Shown one piece after another: positions 58,399 through 64,000 of a stretch of 64,000 nt of DNA. A program made the position numbers and the translations under genes. The DNA comes from Bacteroidaceae bacterium. GTDB lineage: Bacteria; Bacteroidota; Bacteroidia; Bacteroidales; Bacteroidaceae. Below the pieces are notes generated by a model. The model had not been told where the DNA came from. It searched no databases and saw only the letters and a program-made list of their open reading frames with translations. The stretch covers positions 466,013 through 530,012 of the forward strand of contig JAZSKR010000020.1 in NCBI GenBank assembly GCA_045534955.1, in the 5' to 3' direction. Each line of letters opens with the position of its first letter. Position 1 is the first letter of the stretch.

Positions 58399-60366
58399 AT
58401 GAAACTGAAAACCATATTTTCCATTGCTCTGGCTACAACTCTTGTAGCCGGAGTAACATCATGCGAGGATATTCTCAAGGTTGATTCCAAGACCTACATG
58501 TTCGATTATCAGAACACCTTGGATTCACCCGTAGATACTGTATATTCAGTACTGGGAGTAATCAAGAACCTGCAGAAAATTGCGGACCGTACAGTGATAC
58601 TGGGTGAGATTCGCGGTGACCTGGTTACCATATCCGATCATGCATCTGAGGATCTCCGTGAACTCTACTCCTATGATTTCGGTTCGGTCAAATCCACAAA
58701 CAAGTATGACCAGGCTGTTGATTACTATGCAATAATCAACAACTGCAACTTCTTTATAAATAAGGTGGATACCGCATTTACCCGTAATCAGAAGCAGGTA
58801 ATGAAGGGTGAGTATATCACCATGCTCTGCTACAGGGCCTGGGCTTACCTGCAGTTGGCTCAGATTTACGGCCAGGTTCCCTATTTTGACAAACCCATTA
58901 CCGGCGACAATGCCGCCAGCGGTGTCAAGATGAACATCAAGGACCTTGCCAAGACTCTGTTGCTTGACTTCAAGGATGAGTACATTTCATATTATGACCG
59001 CTATCAGCCCAACTACGGTAAACTGGGTGGCGAGACTCTGGGTGACGGTTCCAAGACCACACAGCACGAGTCAAAAGACCTGTTCATCCCCATCCGCCTT
59101 ATCCTGGGTGACCTTTGCCTCTGGGCCGAGGATTATGCACATGCAGCATTGTACTATCATGATTTCCTGGCAGGCGACAACCGTGCCGTTACTACCGGAA
59201 ACAATTCCGTGATGTGGCTGACATATGACTTTCTCAACATGGGTTCCGACCGTTATGTAGGAAACATATTCGGAAACAACGGTCATATAACATATATTCC
59301 TATGGAAGCCGATAAGTACAGTGGTGAGGTAAGTGACCTTGAGAATATCTTCTGCTCAACGGAGGACAATTACTACTGGTATCAGCTCACACGCTCAAAG
59401 GCCGCCACTGCCATCAGTGTAAGACAGAATTATTGCTATCATGCAAAACGTAATCCTTCAAACCGTTTTGAGTGGCCCGAGTATATACCTGATAAGAACG
59501 CTGAGGAAGAGATCCTGTATCGCGGTGACTTGAGACTGGGCTCTGTAATGGAGAACTCTGAGGTCTACTATGATGAAGATGACAACAACTCTTCCAACTA
59601 CGGAACCGATTATCAAACGTTAAATAAAATTAATTCAGAGAAAATTTGGTTATATCGTAAGGACGTCGTATATTTGAGGCTTGCAGAGGCACTCAACCGC
59701 TGTGGACTGCCCCAGACGGCATTTGCAGTGCTTAAGAGCGGTCTTTGCGAGGAGACCATTGACAGTTTGAGTCAGGTAGAAAAGACCAGAGCCACCAATG
59801 TGGACGGTGTGGATATCAGTGCTGTTTATGACTTCCCCAGACGGTCATTCCAGAAGTCTTCCATCACATGGAATTATCAGACTCTGAGTACTGGCGGATC
59901 AACACAGGAGGTCTATTGTGCTGAGTGGAATACATCATTCGGAAACACCATCGGTATCCATTCACGTGGTTGCGGTGATGCAGAGTTTGATCCCAACTAC
60001 ACCATTCCGGTTGATACCTTGGGCGGACGCGTTCCTACTCTTGAGGATTCAATCCGTGCGGTAGAGTTGAGACTTATTGACGAGATGGCCCTTGAGACCT
60101 GCTTTGAAGGATACCGCTTTGGTGATCTGATGCGTATTGCAATGCACCGTGCAGCAGATCCCAGTTCTCCCGGTTACGGCGGTTTTGCAGAGAATGATTT
60201 CCTGGCAAGACGCGTTGCAGCACGTGACAAGGCAGTTATGGACGACAATGTGGATTTCTACAGGGATATGGATACGGAACTCTACACCAAACTGCTTGGT
60301 GACGGCAAGAGCCTCAACAAGGCATGGTTCCTGGTTCTTCCTGACGAAAAACAGGCAACAGAATGA
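58399..60366 (+). CDS. SusD/RagB-family outer-membrane lipoprotein (pair 2)
   Basis: Lipobox AGVTSCEDIL. MLCYRAWAYLQLAQIYG and FEGYRFGDLMRIA SusD-like signatures. Confidence 0.8.
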   Translation: MKLKTIFSIALATTLVAGVTSCEDILKVDSKTYMFDYQNTLDSPVDTVYSVLGVIKNLQKIADRTVILGEIRGDLVTISDHASEDLRELYSYDFGSVKSTNKYDQAVDYYAIINNCNFFINKVDTAFTRNQKQVMKGEYITMLCYRAWAYLQLAQIYGQVPYFDKPITGDNAASGVKMNIKDLAKTLLLDFKDEYISYYDRYQPNYGKLGGETLGDGSKTTQHESKDLFIPIRLILGDLCLWAEDYAHAALYYHDFLAGDNRAVTTGNNSVMWLTYDFLNMGSDRYVGNIFGNNGHITYIPMEADKYSGEVSDLENIFCSTEDNYYWYQLTRSKAATAISVRQNYCYHAKRNPSNRFEWPEYIPDKNAEEEILYRGDLRLGSVMENSEVYYDEDDNNSSNYGTDYQTLNKINSEKIWLYRKDVVYLRLAEALNRCGLPQTAFAVLKSGLCEETIDSLSQVEKTRATNVDGVDISAVYDFPRRSFQKSSITWNYQTLSTGGSTQEVYCAEWNTSFGNTIGIHSRGCGDAEFDPNYTIPVDTLGGRVPTLEDSIRAVELRLIDEMALETCFEGYRFGDLMRIAMHRAADPSSPGYGGFAENDFLARRVAARDKAVMDDNVDFYRDMDTELYTKLLGDGKSLNKAWFLVLPDEKQATE

Positions 60367-60509
60367 TTTAACAACCTGAATCCTGTGCGGAAATGCCTGC
60401 ACAGGAACAGGTTTTGGTGATAGTTTAAAGTTTTTAATTAATCTATTAACAAACAATTTGGAGAGAAAAAAAGAGTAATTTAACCTATTTATTAATTAAC
60501 AATTAAATT

Positions 60510-63500
60510 ATGAAAAAACGAGACTTATTATTTGCAGGACTGCTCCTTATGGGAGTCTCCGCAATTGCACAGCCTACCAGAACTCCGCAGGATGCTAAAG
60601 TCATCTTTACGCAGACCTTTGAGGACGACTGGGATGCATGGCAGACTACTCCTGTAGATACCATCTACAACCTGGAGTATTACAAGGGCGTAACAGGTGA
60701 AAATCAGGCGTTCTCTGAAGCCTGGAATGATGCCAGATTCAAAGCTGACAATATTCTTGTCAGAACAGACTCCGTAACCCCCGGAAAGGAGGGCGGTATC
60801 ATTATCTACAACGGTGTAATGCTTACCGACGACAAGGCTGATATTGACAACAGAAAGTATCGCAACGATAATTATTCAATCGTTGACGAGACCTCACAGG
60901 CTCGTGCCGAGGCATTTGAGAAGTGGGGACAGGACGGTGGTGAAAAGGCCTTCCGTTTCATCTCAGCCGGCCGTTACAACGCCGATGGTACATCTGCAGT
61001 AGGAAGCAGCGATAACAAGTACACTGATGACTATCGCCGTAACCTGTTTGTACGTCTTAAGAACGTTATCGAGCCCGAGACCTCTTACCGTGTTACATTC
61101 TATGTAAAGGCTAAGTCAACCACAGCTTCATCTGGCTACTCACCTCGTCTGCATGCCGGTCTGTACCGTGGTTATTTCCACTCAGAGAAGCCTTTCACAA
61201 TGGGTCTTCAGAATGATAACAACAATTTAAAGTACAACACGGAGATCACTTATGAGAAGACTGATTTTTCTGGTGATTGGGAGAAGGTAACCTTTATGGA
61301 TTACTATCTGAATGACTCAATCGCTGATTACTACATGCTTTCAAATGGTTATTGGTGGTCAACCGACTGGATCTGGAAGGCTGCTGACAACGGCACTGAG
61401 GATGACCTCAAGTTCATCCATCAGCCGGATAAGTTCTTCTTCCGCATGTCATTCCGTTCTGACTCAACAGACTTCATGGTTGATAACATCTCTCTTACCA
61501 AGTCATGGATTGCAGGTTGCGAGTATGATAAGGATAAGATGCGTGTAGACTTTGGTTACAAGACCAACCTTGGCAAACTGGTTGAGGATGCATATAAGGA
61601 GACCCGTATCGACGCCATCGAACTTCCCGGTGACGCATTTGAGGTATGGTGCCTTGTAAAGGACGGTGATCCTGACGATCCTAACGATTGGGAGGATATG
61701 CCTATCCGTTCAGCCGAGTATCACAGCGACGGTTACATGTACTTGTTTACTGAGTATTTTGGTGATACCCCGTTCGAGTTCGATGACTATGATCAGGTGC
61801 TTGTAACATTCATCAACCCCGTTGACAATCCTAAACTTACCCTTAAGTACACAGGTAATGGCACGAGCGCAGCAGAGTTGTTCCCCAAGGCTCTTGATAC
61901 CACATGGATAAAGGCAGGTAAGATAGTTCCTGACTTCTACAACGAGCTTGCTACTCCTAACCCCAACATCTTCAAGGGTGTTCACTCAATGAAGGATCTG
62001 CCTCCTGTTCTGCAGGGACTGCCCTACGAGGAGAATTCATTCGGTCTTACCCCTGTAACCAGCATTGAGTTCAAGTTCTCACGTAAGATTATATTTGACA
62101 ACCTGGAGAACACTGAAGGTGCTATCGCTTATGTAAACGGTACCAGATGGAACTTGTCTTATAAGGAGGGCAATGACTCTATCGTTGTTATTACAAAGCC
62201 CAACGCAGCACCGGCTCTTAACGGTGACGTTGAATTTGAGCTCGTTCAGCTCAAGGGTCTGGGTACAGAATACGGTAAAAATGTAACGTTGAACTACCAC
62301 TTCGGCGAATACAGCAGAAACCTTCCTGAGAAGGCATTTGAGACCACCTGGAGCACTAACGGTCAGGATGAAGTTCCTGTAGGTACTGCTATCAAGGAGG
62401 CTACTCATACGGATTATACACTTGGAACCGGAGGCAAGCTCGCCAGCAATGGTATGCGTTTGTATGTATACAACAATCCTGAAGCTCAGTTCGCACGCGG
62501 ATTCTATATCAGTCCTCGTGGATCGTCCAATGGTGGTCATCTGTGGGTAGGCGTTGGTAATCAGAACATCCATTTGAATGCAGGTCAGTATGAACTCAAC
62601 TTCTACATTTTGGGTTGGGACGGCACGGCTGAGACCAAGGTGTTCATGTTTGCAAAACCCGAAGGCAATGCTGATCTGGTTAAGGATCCTGACAGGATAC
62701 CTCTTGATACAATCACTCCGACCAACTTTATTTCAAGCACTGATGGTAAGAACCAGGATTTGCGTATCAGTACAGCAGACAAGATTACCATACCTCTTGA
62801 AATCGCAACTGCCGGTAACTATGTATTTGAGTTCGAAATCACCACTTCTGGTGGTGGAAACTGGAACGGAGTTCTTGTAAGTGATTTGAGCGTCACTACA
62901 CCTGGATTCTTTGTACCTTCTTATTACACTCCGGTAAAGAATCTTAACAATTCTGTAATTGCTGCCAAGGAGCGTATCGCTTTAGCTGAGGCCAAGACTG
63001 AACTCTATTCAGGTGTGTTACTCAACAACCTTAAGACATCTGTTGCTTACTACGATGTAGACGGTGGATTTGAGTCTACCAAGCCTACCAAGCCTACTGA
63101 GTGGGCTGCTGCCTCTAAGGCTCTTGATGAAGCTACCTCTAAACTGAAACTCCGTATGGATACAGTTGACGGATTTGCTAACCAGAGAAAGGCTGTATCT
63201 GATAAACTGGCTGCTACTGAGACTCAGTACGGTGGTCTTTCCACATGGGCTGCTCTTAAGGACGTTGAGACCGAGGCTAACGCTTATCCTGTTACCACCA
63301 AGATTGGTACAGAAATCAACGAGTTCAACGAGACCATGAAGAAGGCTATCCAGACTCTGGATGACCGTATCGCCCTGAACTCCAAGTATGCCAAGGAACT
63401 CACCAGAGCATTCCAGTTGCTTGAGGACAGCGCAAAGACTGACTTTGAGGAGTATACCGCTCTTAAGGGAGCATACGATTCTTATAAGAACTATGATGTA

Positions 63501-64000
63501 ATCGCAGCAACTGATGATGACATCAACGCTACTTATGCAATCGTTCACGGTGCCGCTAATGATTACGAATTCAGAGTAGTTAAGGCAGAGGTTATGCCTA
63601 AGCGTATCAAGGCTCTCGACGCCCTGTCACGTAAGCTCGGTTCAACCATCGGTGATACGGCTATTATCAAGAATGCTCTCCAGACTCTGGAGGATGACGA
63701 CGATATGCTGGCCAACGTCTACAAGGCAGCTATTAAGTTGGCTCTCTATGAGAAACTGGCCGATGATGCAAACATCTATACAAATGATAGCCTTGACCTG
63801 ACTCCGTTCATCAAGAACTATCATCTGTATCAGACTCCTAAGGTTGTTGAGCGTACTGACCTGAAGGCTGATAACAGTAATGCTCACAAGGCTGATCCTG
63901 ACGGCGCCAACATGCAGCATGTACAGCACCAGTGGAACGGTGGTGACCTGAATGGTCAGATGCCTATCTGGATCATCATCCAGACCGTAGAATACACTGA
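60510..64000 (+). CDS. Very large secreted protein (more than 1163 aa; 3' end beyond the window) with CBM-like beta-sandwich modules and an alpha-helical repeat region
   Basis: It is not in the ORF track because it has no stop in the window. I checked every codon from the ATG at 60510 to 64000 by hand and found no in-frame stop. Signal peptide MKKRDLLFAGLLLMGVSAIAQ. 'DFMVDNISLTKSW' and 'NGVLVSDLSVTT' resemble terminal strands of CBM4/9/22-type modules. Residues from about 800 onward are helical and Ala/Lys/Glu/Asp-rich. Confidence 0.75.
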   Translation, partial: MKKRDLLFAGLLLMGVSAIAQPTRTPQDAKVIFTQTFEDDWDAWQTTPVDTIYNLEYYKGVTGENQAFSEAWNDARFKADNILVRTDSVTPGKEGGIIIYNGVMLTDDKADIDNRKYRNDNYSIVDETSQARAEAFEKWGQDGGEKAFRFISAGRYNADGTSAVGSSDNKYTDDYRRNLFVRLKNVIEPETSYRVTFYVKAKSTTASSGYSPRLHAGLYRGYFHSEKPFTMGLQNDNNNLKYNTEITYEKTDFSGDWEKVTFMDYYLNDSIADYYMLSNGYWWSTDWIWKAADNGTEDDLKFIHQPDKFFFRMSFRSDSTDFMVDNISLTKSWIAGCEYDKDKMRVDFGYKTNLGKLVEDAYKETRIDAIELPGDAFEVWCLVKDGDPDDPNDWEDMPIRSAEYHSDGYMYLFTEYFGDTPFEFDDYDQVLVTFINPVDNPKLTLKYTGNGTSAAELFPKALDTTWIKAGKIVPDFYNELATPNPNIFKGVHSMKDLPPVLQGLPYEENSFGLTPVTSIEFKFSRKIIFDNLENTEGAIAYVNGTRWNLSYKEGNDSIVVITKPNAAPALNGDVEFELVQLKGLGTEYGKNVTLNYHFGEYSRNLPEKAFETTWSTNGQDEVPVGTAIKEATHTDYTLGTGGKLASNGMRLYVYNNPEAQFARGFYISPRGSSNGGHLWVGVGNQNIHLNAGQYELNFYILGWDGTAETKVFMFAKPEGNADLVKDPDRIPLDTITPTNFISSTDGKNQDLRISTADKITIPLEIATAGNYVFEFEITTSGGGNWNGVLVSDLSVTTPGFFVPSYYTPVKNLNNSVIAAKERIALAEAKTELYSGVLLNNLKTSVAYYDVDGGFESTKPTKPTEWAAASKALDEATSKLKLRMDTVDGFANQRKAVSDKLAATETQYGGLSTWAALKDVETEANAYPVTTKIGTEINEFNETMKKAIQTLDDRIALNSKYAKELTRAFQLLEDSAKTDFEEYTALKGAYDSYKNYDVIAATDDDINATYAIVHGAANDYEFRVVKAEVMPKRIKALDALSRKLGSTIGDTAIIKNALQTLEDDDDMLANVYKAAIKLALYEKLADDANIYTNDSLDLTPFIKNYHLYQTPKVVERTDLKADNSNAHKADPDGANMQHVQHQWNGGDLNGQMPIWIIIQTVEYT

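Noticed and set aside
60367-60509. Weak hairpin CCTGTGC-N10-GCACAGG after the second susD as a terminator
   Set aside because: It has only a 7-bp stem and no following T-run. It is insufficient to call a terminator, and the downstream giant ORF may be co-transcribed.
41673-64000. The PUL as a genomic island integrated at tRNA-Gln
   Set aside because: The composition shift and the adjacent tRNA are suggestive. However, I saw no integrase, no mobilisation genes and no direct repeat of the tRNA 3' end in the window. GH43, right after the tRNA, still has the housekeeping-like codon pattern. I therefore kept only the codon-usage observation.

Overview
This 64-kb window looks like a Bacteroidota (Bacteroidales-type) chromosome. 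I base that on two SusC/SusD pairs, TAnnTTTG -7 promoter boxes upstream of many genes, and DUF3098/DUF4271 synteny; the taxon itself is an inference. I call about 51 protein genes and one tRNA-Gln. Layout: (1) 1-3.6 kb is the tail of a surface-polysaccharide locus: an FrhB-like protein, a hexapeptide acetyltransferase, a pyruvyl transferase and a WbsX-like protein. (2) 3.6-11.3 kb is one tightly packed minus-strand array: methyltransferase, ftsX, DUF3098, uppP, truB, a TarI/TarJ/Rpe-like CDP-ribitol cassette, queA, folK and an unlisted 44-aa ORF. (3) 11.4-15.1 kb holds a Pif1-family helicase with an HRDC tail and an HUH/Y1 (IS200/RAYT-like) transposase-domain gene. They are bracketed by two copies of a structured 140-175 bp intergenic repeat. 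(4) 15-42 kb is housekeeping: CoA-transferase, miaB, ABC/GntR, rnr, M64 peptidase, GT4, YfhO, ispD, metG, comM-like, typA, rpsO, ahcY, LOG, hemD, rnpA, yidD, tatD, tyrS, tRNA-Gln. (5) 42-64 kb holds a GH43 gene and a polysaccharide utilization locus (PUL) with two SusC/SusD pairs and three fasciclin-like lipoproteins. It is followed by an ORF of more than 1163 aa that runs off the window and is missing from the ORF track. The most unusual things I see directly in the sequence are three. First, the four-copy repeat family, built from 10-mers phased exactly 41 bp apart, and its link to the RAYT-like gene. Second, the CDP-ribitol cassette sitting inside a housekeeping array. Third, the fasciclin-rich tandem PUL with its giant downstream secreted protein. 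I found no CRISPR array, integrase, reverse transcriptase, toxin-antitoxin pair or recognisable defence system. All functional calls come from motif recognition by eye, not from database searches.
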